From contig OX597814.1 in assembly GCA_951406725.2 (NCBI GenBank), forward strand, positions 126,914,001-126,978,000: a stretch of DNA of 64,000 bases, read 5' to 3'. The first letter of the stretch is position 1. Each line of letters begins with the position of its first letter. Below are positions 11,161 through 25,900 of this stretch, piece after piece. A program made the position numbers and the translations under genes. The notes beneath the pieces were generated by a model that was given only the letters and a program-made list of their open reading frames with translations, was not told the DNA's origin and searched no databases. The DNA is from Octopus vulgaris. Taxonomy: Eukaryota.

Positions 11161-13997
11161 TTTAAAAGCTTTCAGTTTATAGCTAACTGCTAAGATGGAA
11201 ACTGTTGACAAGATTATAATTCATTATATGATGTCTAAAAACAAAATCTTTTCTTGTATGTGTTTATTTTTTATTTATCTAATTTTTTGCTTTTTCAATT
11301 CATTCTTCTTGACCAATCTAAACATGCCCAACTCAATATAGGTATAAATTATTTTTAGCTCAAGTTTCTTCGGCAAATAACTTTTATACATGATTTTGAA
11401 GGATCCATTCCACAGACATACTTCTTCTTAGTAGGCACTCCCTACAAAGACTAAAGCTTCATATATAAATTATTAAATATAAAACATAAATGGTTAATTA
11501 ATTATAAAAATGCTTTATTTGATGCATAAAATTCAATGTATAAATCAGTAACTGGCCAATATTTTTATGTGTAACAGGCACAATATTCATATACTTTTCA
11601 ACCTCACTATATATACATGTTTGATGTTAACAAGCTGCGAGTTCAGCTATGGGATACATTAAATGTTGTGCATTAAAGGCGGAGAAATTTTTCCTTTTGC
11701 TCAGTGTCATACTGATTATTATATAAAATAGCAATAATGTATGTATATATGTGTGAATACAATGGTATGAAAAATTCTGTGTATCTACAGTGTTTACATG
11801 TAAATGAAGTTAGAATTTACTCCCCCTCCCTTCACTGTATACCTACATCATTATAATTTTGGGGTTGGACAGATCACCAAGCATTTTACCTGCTGTTTCA
11901 GCTCTGATATGTTATGCACATTACAGAAAATATTTTTTTTTGATAATTGGAGGTCTTTCTTCTACACCGACCACTCTACAACTTGGAGTGGATGCATTTT
12001 ATTGTGCTACTGGCTCTAGAGAGGTTGTCTATTGTAGATTTAAAGAATACCTTTTACTAGTTCTTATTTGGAGATACTATTTTCCTAAACAGATTACTTG
12101 CAGTGCAGACCAGCTACATTAAAACCTGAATTAGATACATTTTATCATGTCACTGATTAAAGTATATATCTTTAAAGTATCTTCAGAGATTACTGATCTC
12201 TAGTGATTACTCAGCTACGATCACTTTTTTTTCCTGTCAAAACATTTTGATCAATCATATAAGCAATAATTTTGCAAGGTAATTTTTTAAAAATATAGTT
12301 ATCTTTATTCTTCAGTGAACTGACTATAGAAAGAACACATCTTAGTCCATCATTGATATTAATTCAATAGATAAAAATGTAACTGACAAATTACAATTCA
12401 TAAGATACTATAGTAAAATAACTACTTTAGATTACAAGCTAATTGGTGTAAAAACTGCCCAGTCCTGTTCATAAATCGTAAATCTTGTTTACGCATAAAT
12501 TTCTTGTCTAGATACAAAGCAACTTTTGTAATAGTTAATCATCAAGTATTAATGTAGTTAAAGTAGTGAGCATAAAAAATTCTAATTAGAAATACAAATG
12601 TGATGAAAGAATCACTAAATAGATTGTTCACAAGCAGATGTGAAAATGACTAATTGAATTGTGTGTCACTAATGCTTCCTTTATAGGACACATATGGATA
12701 AACTGGAAGATAGAGCATTTCATAGGCAACTACTTTTTTCACTCCCTTAACTGCTGCAGGCATGGTCATGTTGAAGTTAAGTCAACTGCAGAGTTTTCTA
12801 CTACAGCCCTGAGTCAATCAATGCCATGTGAAGGAATTTGGTAGACAGAGACTGCAGGAAGCTTGTCATATATATGCATGAGTGTTTGTATACACTTACA
12901 TTCCACACAATCCTCATTTGATCAAAGTGGTGCTCATGTTCACATTATGATTGGTCACTCAAGGCTTTTGAAGTCTTGTGGAATAATTAAATCCCTTACT
13001 TGAAAAACAGGTAAGGTGTAAAAAGGGTTGGTGACAGGAACATTTGGCCCTTAAAATCCTGTTTCAATTCTCCATCCAAACCCATGCTAGCCTGGAAAAA
13101 CAAATGTAAAATAAAAAAAATAACATTGTGCTAATTGATATCCACTAAGAAATTGTATGTGAAACAAAGGTCATAAATTCAGAAAACAAAATTCTATCCA
13201 TAAATATTATCATTCAACAATGAAGCAAGAAAATTATTTGTTAACAACAAATAAATAAGGCTTCAGTAGCTCCTAAAAGATATATTTGATCATGCACAGT
13301 ATATATGAATATATTTTACTACTGGTTTGACTGTTAACATTTGTATATCTGCAACATATGATGTGGGCTTCCTTTTCTGCCAGCTTATCTATCTTGCTAG
13401 ACCTCTTGTGTCCAATTAAATAACATTGGATACATCATACAAAATTCCTATTAACTTATCAGTATTTAATGTCCCATTTTTCATGCTGGCATGGGGTGGA
13501 CAGGTTGACAGGGGACTGCACCAAGCTCCAATGTCTGTTTTGGCATGGTTTCTAAGGATGGATGCCCTTCCAACTACTACTCATTTTATAGAGTATATTG
13601 GGTGCTTTTTATGTGGCACCAAGTAACTTGCAAAACAAAACCCCCTCAACTCAAGGGGTTTAGTATTAAGACAGGTGCCTATTGAGCAAAAGTAATTGAG
13701 ACAAAGCATAAAGAATTTACAATAAAATTTTTTCCTAAAGTAATCAAGGTGAATATCAATTCAATATATTACGGTGTTATTGTATCACCAACATTTATGG
13801 AAATAGCCACCCAACAGAGTTTTGTTTACATAAAGATAAATCACACATGGAAGTAGGGAACCTCTATAAAAAATACTGCCTTATGACATTACATGACTAT
13901 TTGTTTGGTTACCAAAATACGAAGGGTGACCATAAAATAGTGATCTAATCATTCACATAAAACATTTCGCTTCCAAATTTATATTTCTGCAGCTTAA

Positions 13998-14218
13998 CCC
14001 TTTCGTTACTAACCTGGCTCTGACTGAGTACAAATATCTTGTGTTTTGTAAGTTTTGAATTAAAATCTTCCACGAAACCTTAGTCACAATTTATATTCCT
14101 AACACTAGCTGAATGATAACTAAGTTATTTTACCAAATTCTTTGTTATATTTAAAGTAATTGAAAGAAATACAGAGCATCTAAAAAAAAAATTTTTTTTA
14201 AATACAGTAATGAAAGGG
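13998..14218. mobile_element. piggyBac-type MITE
   Basis: TTAA|CCCTTTCGTTACT ... AGTAATGAAAGGG|TTAA. Confidence 0.85.
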
Positions 14219-14583
14219 TTAATTATATTTTATTAAATTTGAAAAAAAACTCCCAATGTTTACTTGTACTAACTTACCCAAATATCAGATTATTAATTGT
14301 GGAAACTAATCCAGTTTTATAAAACATTAATTGTAGTAGTAGATACCTCCAGACAGGCAGATTACCAGCCTATCACAGATACATTTTCTTTAAAGATGTT
14401 TCTAGTACTCTAATAAGATAAATTTTTCTAACTGATTTAGTATTTTGCTTATAACAATCATATGATTTGTGTGAAAAGTCAAGTTAACAAACAAGCAATT
14501 TACATTATAAAAATATGAACAGGAAAATATATCAATTCTGAGTGTATGCAATACTAGTTAAATATCAAAATTTATGTGTTTAA

Positions 14584-15654
14584 CCCTTTCGTTACTATAT
14601 TTCTGACCAAAATACCCTTAGGTGTTTCAATTAATTTCTAACATAATCATAAATTTAGTCTGGTTTCATTAAACAACTATAACTTTTTTATTTATCAATA
14701 TATTAACGTGAATTTTGGAAGATAATTTAATGAAATGTTCTCAACCAATTTTATACTATAATTTTTGTCACAAAGTGACTCTAATTGTAGGTAGATACAG
14801 GTAAATTCAACGAAATATAAAATTATTAAAATTTTGTTCAAACATTGCTATAGAAAATGGGTTATTAGCTAATATTCAATTGGGTATACAACAAAATTTT
14901 ACGATAGAATTTGTTATTCTGGGTAACTTTCTGATACCCATAATATTTATGGCAAAATAGTCTTAATTTCATTTAAGGTTGTGGGAAACCACTAACTACC
15001 CTTTCTTTTGTTTTGTTTACATTTAGCATAACAGTTCGTTTCCGCCGTAATGATTTCAAATAGGCTCATTTGAAAAAGTAAAAAGAAATAGTCTAAGGCT
15101 TTACTCTTCTGGGAAAGTCTGTAGCTTGGTCCAGTTTCTTCAGAAAAATCACCGAAAGAAACAGTTTTTAAATTTTCACTCCATTCAGGTGCCAATTCAT
15201 TTTCTTTATTGCTGTCGGAGCTCTCGGATTCACTGTTTTCACTTTCGGAAAATGAAACATCAGACTCATTATCAAATACCACATGCTTTTTTTTTTTTCA
15301 GTCATAGAGTTAGATTTATGAAGGTCTTCAGTAGAAAATCCTTCGAATTCTGACTCGCTGCTTGATATAATGAAATTCGTATCCATTTTTTGTCAGAATT
15401 ACAAATTTTGAAAACACAATAGGAACAAATTTCGGAAAAAAATCTCCCAAAATTCATGGAATTAAAATTACACTTCGATTTTTGTACAAAACTGTAGTTG
15501 AACTCTTTACGAAGTATAACACGTATTTTCACGAATGTACTAAAGAGATTTGCTCTGATATTCTCATTTAAATATGAATAGGTAAATTCAGGCGGCTTTG
15601 GGTGGTTTGGTCACATAACCAAAATTTTTTTCGAGCAGTTTGGTAACGAAAGGG
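14584..15654 (-). mobile_element. piggyBac deletion derivative retaining the transposase N-terminus
   Basis: TTAA TSDs, 12-bp TIR CCCTTTCGTTAC, acidic N-terminus and DYFFLLF...IITAETNCYA (14992-15386, frameshifted). Confidence 0.85.
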
Positions 15655-16229
15655 TTAAAGAATAGAACATAATCAAAGATAAGCCTTCATATAAGCTAAA
15701 AGAGAGCTGCTTTTTGTACAGAAACAGCAAAAGACACTTTAAAGCCTACTGGCTAGTCTGTTTATTTACACATAGATGCAAGCATGTGTGTGTACAACAT
15801 GTATGAGCACCAGTCTGTGAGAGCAGCGGCCCTCAATAAGAAAGACACAAACCATGATAACCTATCTAACCCATGCCAGCAGAGGAAGAGGATGTAAAAT
15901 GATTACATATATACATCTGTGTATATACACACTCAGATGAGAAAACCTCGACATGGCTGCTTGACCATGTAGAAATATTAACCAAATCAGATTTAAGACA
16001 GTAGTGCAACAAGTATAAGCATATTAAATGGTGAAGACCTTCGGTCCGAAATGACCATGTGATTACACCTAGAAAGTTCCCCTCTGAAGCACAAGTCCAG
16101 GCAAGGTTGTTTATAGAAGACTAACAGTCGCCCATGCATACCAGCCTCCCCTCTCATAATGTATATATTTGTTGTTTATATAGGAATAGAATTAGCTTGA
16201 TTTTTGTCAAAGTGAGGCAAAAATACAAA

Positions 16230-16445
16230 AGAATGTCTTAGAAAAGAGCAATCAGCTCAGAGAAGAATTTAGAGTACAGGTAGGTATCTATGAAGGTTTG
16301 GTTCTCAGCCCTCTTGTAGTATTATAGTAACCAAAGTTATCACAGAAGAGTTTGAGACAGGCTGTCCATAGGAACTCTTATGCTGATGACTTAGTTCTCA
16401 TAGCTGAATCCGTCAAAGAATTACAAATGTGGAAGCAAAGTCTAG
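16230..16445 (+). mobile_element. RTE-clade RT fragment
   Basis: ..VLSPL..EEFETGCP.EL.YADDLVLIAES. Confidence 0.65.
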
Positions 16446-16464
16446 ATTAATAATAATTTTACAT

Positions 16465-16797
16465 TTTACTTGTTTGTCATTTGACTGTGGCATTGCCTAG
16501 AAGGGTTTTAGTCAAAGAAATTGACCCCAAATCTTTCTTTTTTTTTAAAGCCTAGTACTTAGTCTATCGATGTCTTTTGCTGAACTGCTAAGTTACAGGG
16601 ATGTAAACACACCAACACCAGTTGTCGAGCAGTATATACGATGGGCTTCTTTCAGTTTCTGTCTACCAAATCCACTCACAAGGCTTTGGTTGACCTGAGG
16701 CTATAGTAGAAGACTCTTGCCCCAAGGTGCCATGCAGTGGGACTGAACCTGGAACCATGTGGTTGGGAAGCAAGCCTTTTACCACACAGCCATGTCT
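16465..16797 (-). mobile_element. SINE family A
   Basis: Reverse complement of the 10762 family. Confidence 0.8.
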
Positions 16798-17029
16798 GTT
16801 TCTAACTTAACCACAAGGCCAGTAATTTTAAGGGGATGATGTTAATTGATTGTATCCCAGTACTAGACAGGAACTATATTTTATCAACCCCAAAGCAAAG
16901 CTGATCTTGGTAGCATTTGAAATCAGAATGCAAAGAGTCAGAAGAAATAATAATAATGTTTTCTTACATAAATACAGGGCTATATCATTTTATGAATGAG
17001 CAGTTTTGAGCAATTTAATTCAAGGGTAG

Positions 17030-18520
17030 AGGGGCTAGTGATGGTTGTCATCTTACAGATATAGGGATAGGTATAGCAAATGTTGCTAGTGCATTTGAAG
17101 GTACTTGGTTGGGTGTGGCTTGGAAACTTCTACCTAAAAGGCTGCAGAGATTGAGTTGATCTCTGGTCAGTGAGTGGTGTCAATGCAGTTATCAATACTG
17201 AAACTGTCACGCTCTGGGGTGCATCCAGTGAACTGTACAAAACTCCTGGCCTTGACATGGTTGGCATAAAAGATCAGTGTCCACTGTTGACCTGCTGATA
17301 AAATTCATCAGAGAAGAAGCAATTCAAAGAGAGAATGTGTTTGACCAAAGGAGGAGGCTGGTATTACTGGGTTTAAATAGGAGTTAACAGTCAAGAAAGA
17401 GTTTAAGAGTGAAAAATGATTGCTGTCAGGGAAGACTGTGTAGAATGATTTTTATATCCATGTATGGCTGTGTGATAGCAAGAATTTTGCTATCAAACCA
17501 CATGGTTCTGAGTTCAGTCGCACTCTGTGGCACCTTGGGCAAGTGTCTTCTACTATAGCCTCAGGCTGATCAAAGCCTTGTGAGTGGACTTGGTGGACAG
17601 AAACTGAAAGAAGCCTGTCATGTATATTTGTGTGTAACTGTCCCCCATCACCACTTGACCGGTGTTGGTGTGTTTACGATTTGGCAAAACAGACTGATAG
17701 ATTAAAGTACAAAGCTTAAAAAAAAGTCCTGAGGTCGATTTCTTTGACTAAAACCCTTCAAAGTGGTGTCCCAACATGGCCACAATCAAATGGCTCAAAC
17801 AAGTAAAAGATAAAAATAAAATGTGTGTATGTGTATCACTTTGTCTTGACAGAGTATGCCAGTTGTAAACAAGCATCACTGTTATACAAAAGGTGTCCTT
17901 TGCTTCCAATCTTTGATGATAACATGTCCAACCATGGGGAATGTTACTTTGCTTGGAAACAAAAGGCATCAAGCCATAGAAAATCTGCTTCAACAAATTG
18001 TCTGATGCATAAAGCATGGAAAAGTGGATATTAAAACGACGATAATGATGGTAAAGGGAAGTTTGAAGAGTGAATGAGATCAACTTGAAGAGCTTTAGAG
18101 CATGATTGGCATTCATGTGTGATGGTAAGATAGAGACGAATGACAGTAGTTTGTTGAGGTACTCAGAGAAGAGTTCGGTAGAACAATTACAGGTGGAGAT
18201 GATGGTGTGGCTGAGATTTGGAAACAATTGGTGGAAATTCAGAGTGTAGTTATGATAAGGTTAGTGACAGCTGGGAGATGTAAATTGAGAGCTTCTGCAT
18301 AGTTGCAGAGATTTATTTCTGGCTGTAGCTCATAAAATCCATAGGCAATTGTTGTAGAAGTGAAAACTGTCGAGTTGGGTGTACTTCTTATTTGTAGAAG
18401 TCAGTTTTCTTGACTACTATGGCACCATCACATTGGTTAGCTTAATGATATTCTCAATACCTTGGAGTTTCTAGAAAACATCAAATTCTGACAGGAAATA
18501 TCTAACCACTTGTGCTGTTT
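17030..18520 (-). mobile_element. Old Penelope-like RT remnant, interrupted by a SINE A copy (17460-17812, +) and a family B-like tail
   Basis: IISTCNCSTELFSEYL..LPSH..ANHAL resembles PLE RPIIS.C.CPTE; decayed IIK.ADKG near 18430. Confidence 0.6.
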
Positions 18521-19384
18521 CCTAAAATCAAAGTTATTTAAATCATACACTTCTTGACAAATATGTTGAACAAGCTGTGTAGACCCACCTTAAAAGACAT
18601 TTAGAGGAAGTCTGTTTTAGTCGGTGAAGTCATCCTCAGTTGGCAGGTTCCATCCCTCTATTAAAGAATGAAGTCTTTAGTTGCATATACATTATGTGTG
18701 TTTGTAAATAAATATATATATGAGTGTATATGAGAGAGAGATACAGACACGGGAAAAGTTCTTTCCAAAGTCATTATTACTAGTTGATATTCTTGTAGCT
18801 TGGTTGAATTCAAGCTGATATTGATATTTACTGTACACAAAAGTTCTGAAAATTTAAAGCAATAAGGAAATGATAAACAGCATCAAATAAAAATATATTG
18901 TGTAAGTTCAAGGTTGACTAACAATATCAAAATACTGCCATTTTTTGAACTAAAACATTTGTTTTAACAAACAAATAAAGATGTGCAGTGTTCTTATAAA
19001 ATGTAGTCCTGAAATGTATTCCATCATAAAAGTGGTTGGGTCTTTGTCTTCAATAGAAATTTTTTTTCTTTTACTTGTAGAGGATATGAAGACTTCATGC
19101 AAACAGGAAGCAACAATTGGAGAATAGCTTGAAACATTTAGCATATAACTGTGTTCTTTGTTTCAGCAGTGTAGATCATAAAAGTGTTTGAGATGCTTCC
19201 TTGAAATTAAATAAAATTCAATTCTTCCATTCTGTTGATGACTCAAAACTCAAAGGTTTCAATACAGAAAGTAGTTGGATGAGTAAGAAACAAACTAAAT
19301 AGTGAAGTTGATATTTTAATAACTAAATATTTGGTGGAGAAATAAAATAAAAAAAAAAAATGAAAAGATATGATTTTTGGTTAG

Positions 19385-19390
19385 TTTATT
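19385..19390 (-). terminator. Candidate PRMT5 polyadenylation signal AATAAA
   Basis: tttatt on + strand, about 75 nt past the stop, followed on the - strand by a T-rich tract. Confidence 0.4.
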
Positions 19391-19463
19391 TCTATGAAAG
19401 CTGTTCAGTCAACATATGAATGTCATGATTCTATCCATGTGCACAGCTGCTGCTTTGTAAGAA

Positions 19464-19616
19464 TTACAGACCAATTGTATAGGACCGTCCCTTTGGGTTA
19501 TGGATTGGAAGAATCTGAGGCTCACGAATACACCATTCATACCAAACTTTACGATCTGTAACAACTCGCCAGAAATCAACAACAACACGGCTATCTTTCT
19601 TTAAGAATATTGGTTC
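19464..19616 (-). CDS. PRMT5: PRMT5 exon 17 (153 nt) EPIFL...VWYEW...[13 protein letters not shown]
   Basis: Poly-T plus ccAG acceptor; TAA at 19466-19464. Confidence 0.95.
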   Translation of the reverse strand, partial: EPIFLKKDSRVVVDFWRVVTDRKVWYEWCIREPQILPIHNPKGRSYTIGL

Positions 19617-19751
19617 CTGGAAGAAAAAAAAAAAAAAAACGAATTTATTAATTAGGTTTTAACTGAAAGAAATGGCAATATAAGTAAATGACTTAGAAGC
19701 TTAAGTTTTAAACAGAATTAATATATACCCAGGTATTGCAATCTGAATAAC

Positions 19752-19788
<37 letters not shown>

Positions 19789-21161
19789 TTCATTGATATT
19801 TGCATTTTTATGAAAACTGTTCCCACTATTTTACTGTATTTATTGCACAAGTCAGTTGCTTCTTTATTAAATCTATATTTCACAATATAACAATGTCAAT
19901 GGTAAGCACATTGCTAAAATGCTTCCATCACCAAATAAATTAGCTCAGTACAAATGATCTAGTTAATAAAAGTAACAATTATATGATGTAGAAGTTTCCT
20001 AATACTAATTGAAACTTTCTAGTATTATGTAAAAAAGTGAACCAGCAATACCTTTATGGGGAAGAGTATTGGAAACCAACTAAACATTCCTGCAGAATGT
20101 GTTGAGGGGAGAATACCTGTAGAAAGAGAAGAGAAAGTGTGAGAATAATAAAATAGAGTTTCAAGTAAAAACTGGATAAATACAATTTCAAAACTAATTT
20201 CTAAGCAATATCAGATAAAATGTTAAATATTTAGGGAATATAGTGATTTGGAGAGGAAGATAACAACTTAGTAGGAAACGAATGTATGGAGTGTAATTGT
20301 TGTGATGAAACATGGAAATATATTTGAACATTGGATGGTAAATTAACTGATACAGTATACCAGATACACTCAGGACTAGAGTCACCTAGCTCAGTGTATC
20401 ACTCTCAGAAAGACAACGATAAGATTTTGACCTAGAATGTGACTAAGCTGGATAATTATCAGGTCTAATTTTACAGTCTATCATTAAGACTTGGAATAAG
20501 TTGTACTAACACTCCAGATATTAAAGTTTGTTTAGGGGGAAAAATTAAGTGAAACATGAAAACATTCTTTTATGATAAACAGGTGAGAAGTGTTTAGAAA
20601 AGGTGAAAATGTTTACAAGAGTATAGAGGCAGGTACAAGTTATAGAAGAGTAATTAATACAATCATTAGAAGGGAAGAGACATCTAATGAGAGAGAAATA
20701 CATTTTAGTGGTGAGGACAAAAGTAAATTTGAGAGAAAAATAGAAAGCTAATTGGATTGAGCAAAAGTTAAATGAAGTAAATAGTAAAGTGAAATCAAGA
20801 AACTTACTTAAAGTTACATTTCCATAAAGTACAGAATCAAAATATCCAGCAAAACCATGTAAGACGGCATCAGACTTAATATGAAACTGTATGCTCACAT
20901 AACGAGAATTATCAATCACTTCACCTAGAAAACAGAATTCATATCATCAAAGAATTTCACATGGATGTTAAACAAATGTAGGTGTAGGAGTGGCTGTGTA
21001 GTAAGTAGCTTGCTTATGAACCACATGGTTCTGGGTTCAGTCCCACTGCGTGGCACCCTGGGCAAGTGTCTTCTACTATAGCCTCGGGCCGACCAAAGCC
21101 TTGTGAGTGGATTTGGTAGATGGAAACTGAAAGAAGCCCATCGTATATATGCATGTATGTG

Positions 21162-21210
<49 letters not shown>

Positions 21211-22932
21211 GTTTGTGTTTGTGTCTGTCCCCCCCAACATACTGGTGTGTTTACGTCCCCATAACTTAGCGGTTCAGCATAAGAGACCGATAGAATAAGT
21301 ACTAGGCTTACAAAGAATAAGTCCTGGGGTCAATTTGCTCGACTAAAGGCAGTGCTCCAGCATGGCCACAGTCAAATGACTGAAACAAGTAAAAGAGTAA
21401 ATGTAGCTACAATACTCCTTTCTACTATAGGCACAAGGCCTGAAATTTTAGGGGAGGGGACCTGTCAATACATCAACCTTTGTACTTTCACTGTGCTGAT
21501 TAAATTTTTGCAAACTAACATGCAGATACTGAATTAATTTCTTAAAATTGATTGAAATTGATAAGTTATGTACACAAGCAATACTATGCCATATGAAATG
21601 TGAAGAATTCCAGAATGTAAACTTGGTTCTTAACTTCTAGCACAGTTAAGGTTAAGCTTTGTTTATCACATCAATCTTGAGACAAGCTAGAAGTGAGATC
21701 ACAAGGTTTGCTACATGATGAAGATAATGTTGCAAATTTAAGGAGGTCTAGTTTGCAAACTCCTTTAGTGGTTCCTCATAAAAAGTTTCCTGTGTATTTT
21801 ATACTGAATCAATCTTCTTACTACAATCTTGATCTTCATGGTTGTTGGGAAGTTAGAGTAGATATATATATATCTGTGGGTGTGTGTATGTGTTTTTAAA
21901 ATACATTCTTTGCAGAGAACAGTTATTGTTTAGAGAAACTGAAGATATGTCTAGTTCACGCTAGGTATGAAACCAATGGGAATTTCCCTAAAACTGTTAC
22001 TTTACACATACAAATATATATATATATATATATATTAATAACTCACAGATAGAGCAGCATCATTAGTAATATTCTAATGACATTAATATGCTAATAAAAT
22101 CATTTAATAGCAAATACCTCAATTTATTTAATATTACATGTTATTTTCTTTTCTTAATGTTAATATAAGTTGGATTTTAGTTGTTGCGCAGCTCCAGACC
22201 AGCCTTGGTTCAGCAGATATATGATCAAAGAAATTCTAGTAGTGACCATTTTTTCCATTTTGTTGACTTAGATAACATATCAACATGTGTTACATTTATA
22301 AAATTTGTGAGGGTTATTGCAGCAGATACCCTAAGAATGAAACAGAGAAATTACCACCACCAAGGTGGTAATCATTGGACAAATTAGAACATTGTCATAT
22401 TTTCTTCAGTATCCTCTTCCATTTACATAAAGAGTACAATATAAGGGATGATGTGCACCCAACCATGTCTGGTAAGTTCACTGTCATCAATTTACTGCAA
22501 GGAAAGTTCACTGTCATCAATTTACTGCAAGGAAAGTTCACTGTCATCATTCACCATCATCAATTTACCATTTTTTTCAATAAAATACTTTTTAACTATT
22601 AATAATGGTGAGATAATATTGATATATTTTCTCAGTAAACTTTCCTCATGTTGAACTTTCTTCACAGTGAACTTCCCCTGTGGTAAATTGATTGCAGTGA
22701 ACTTACCTGTAATTACACTCAACACTGGCCAATGCACTTTCATCTTATCTATAGCAAAGCCAGCAGGTTTATTAAATTTAACATTGTCTGACTAGATCCT
22801 CATTAATAATAGCTAACCTTTGGCATCTGGAGAAGTTTCCAAAACCTTAGCAAAAAAGAAATTTTATGGACATTTTTAGTAGACACCAATAATATAATTT
22901 TAATTTACGGCTATCTAATAATCCAATGGCAG

Positions 22933-22964
<32 letters not shown>

Positions 22965-25900
22965 ATGATATATATATGCCTACTCTACTCTAGCTGTGAG
23001 GGGAAATAAAAGTTACTTAGCCACCTTCAACTTAAGCTAACAAAGCAGTGCTTTTGGCTCTTATGAGTCTCACTAACTTTAAAAACAATTGCTTTACAAA
23101 ACTCTATTCAAATGCATACATTTATTAATCTATCCTACCTACAGAAAATAAAAAATAGTTCAATAAACTGTGAAGAAAAAATGTAATAAATTTGGCAATA
23201 AACTTACCTCTATTTGGGTGTCTAAAATTAAAAACTTTCTTGGGTTCAGATAAAATCTGACAGTTGTGGAGCCGTACAACATAAGGCATCTCAAAAGGGG
23301 CCTGAAATATTAAATTATATTAAACAGATATGTGGAGTTGTTGTTTAGACTCAAGTTGGCCCTGACTGAGCAATCCTATGATCAAAGGCTTTACAGCTGT
23401 CATCACCTTGTTTAATTCCCATTTGCAGGGAGCTCAGACCCATATTATCTAAAGTAAACATTTTTAAAGGCAGTTTGGTATGATCTGAGGGAGATTTGGC
23501 TGCTATTTCTGGCAAACTGAGCATCCATGCAGACACACCTTTATTGACATGTATGAAGGAAGTAGTTTATGTTTGTGGAAGTTGACAAAATAACTAATTC
23601 ATAATCTAATTCTTCTTCTACTTCAACATTAACAATTAATGACAGTATGCCATTTCTGAAAATGTCAAATAAAATTAGACATGATACAGAGCTTTGTGTG
23701 ATGCCATTTATTCTTCCACTCAGAATTAGTATCAGCTGTTAAACATTTTGGTTTCTTCCAAAAAGGAATTTACTAACTCATAAATATTCCTTATATTTCA
23801 ATAACACTTCCATAAAAGTCCTTTTAAAATTTTTCTATGATTTAGTCACAAGTACCCATGATCATTTTACAAGACATCCATGACTGATGGGAAAAAACGA
23901 GAAAATATCAATGACTTACAAGTCACCATCTCTCTGAGAGAAAACCTGGTCCTTATATTTACGATAGAGTAGAAACAGCTAAGGCCACTTAAGGATTAGT
24001 TGTAATATTATACCAGTCAATAGATTAAGTTTACCATGAAGTTTCTGTCTACCAATTTCACTAACAAGGCTTGGCTTAGGTTTATTCAAAATTACAGTAG
24101 AAGAAACTTGAATGATAATCTGCACAGAGTTATTAGAGCTGAAGCAACATGATTGTGAAGCAAAATTATTAGATGAAGATGAAAGAGTGAGTGGAAATAT
24201 TTAGCACAGTCAGCATTTATTTTTAAATGTCTCAGATAAAAGTAAGTTCTGTGCAAATATGAAAGTGTATCATACACTATTCTGCTCTTCAATGTGGTGA
24301 AGTATCTTCACAAGGTTTACACTGAATTCTAAAATGTTTTTCAAGTACATCAGGAACAGTCAAACACTTACAAAAATACAGACAACAAAACTTCAAAAAG
24401 GTTTTAGATTTATTATCTATTTTATTTATTGTGAATCCCAGGTCAGCATACCTATAATCAGATATTTTAGCTATTCCAACTTTTTCAGGTATAGTGTTAT
24501 GCCTACTCCACACTCTTATAACCTACCCAATCACATGTCATTGCTTCCTTATCATTCTATTCTTCACCACCTCCTTTTCCCCACAGTCAGTCATCTCCCT
24601 TCCCCTACTCCACCAACACTACCTGATTTCTACAGTCATCACCTACTCTCCCCTACTTATCATCCCTCAACACTTATTCTTCATTATATTCTCCCTCTCA
24701 TCCTTTCCCTACCTCTAACCATCACTTCACTCTCTTATTCACACTTGCAAATTCAACCCACCCACACCTCTTGTTCTCCTACTTCCATTTATTTCCACTA
24801 TCTTTATCTTTTTTTCAGTCTCCACCAACCACTCCCACCCTCTCCTCTATGTGAGTAGACATGTAGCTCTTCTACAGCAAGAAACCTGTTCTGTTTCTAT
24901 TACCTCTTCTCACACTCTAATTCCTCATCTAGCATAAAGCCACCTCCCTGCTACTCTACTGTAACCCCACTCAGTTGAAAGAATTGTAGTCTTGCAGGCT
25001 GCATGGTGACCTCACTAGTGCTGGTGCCATTAAAAAAAGTAGCCAGTACATGCTGTAAAGTGACTGGCATTAGGAAGGGCATCTAGCTATAGAAACCACG
25101 TCAAAGCAGACATTGGAGCACGAGGAAATCATTGGATTCATCAGATCCTATCAAACTGTCCAACACATGACAGTATGGAACATGGATGTAAATGACAATG
25201 ATGATGATGATTACTGAATGTGTCATCCATCCAACTGACTCAGATCATTATAAAGGAATATTTCTGTATAAGCTGGATTAGTAGATTAAATCTATTGTTG
25301 GTTAACATAAGATTAAACAATAAATACATCTTGATATTTTTAAATACAGCAAAATATGCTAATATAAAGAACAAAGAAATGGAAGAAAATTCTCTAATTT
25401 TACAAATAACAAAGTCGTGTATTGATTCAAACCAGAATGAAAAATTATAAATTAACGAACCTCTGGGGATTTGTCTTTGTCTTTACTTAATCTGACTTCA
25501 TTATACAGCTTAGCAGATTGCAAAGGAGCCAGGTATGAGGTATATTCTTTGGGGATACTGATTCCATCATCTAGAAATCAAAGATAACAAAAGTCAGTAA
25601 TCTGAGTAGTGAACCTACAAGAACATTAAACTCTGGAGGTTTACAGTTCTTCCTTAAAACTGTTGAAATAGAAAAAAGACGTTTACGGTAGTGTGGTTGA
25701 AGGCAAGATGCAAGTTCTTAAATAAAAAGAGTAAGGACCATTTAAAATATAAATTAGGAAGTTTTACGGATGGGAGCATGATGAAAGGCATTCAGAGAAG
25801 TATTTCGAATCGTAAAGAATTCTCAGGAGCAACAGGAATGAGCTATAGAACCATTACCCTTGTTTCCCAACTAATTCCCAATGCACTTTACTATACAATA

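Noticed and set aside
24334-24858. 174-aa ORF
   Set aside because: Low-complexity C/T-rich tract resembling a decayed Penelope tail, antisense within a PRMT5 intron.
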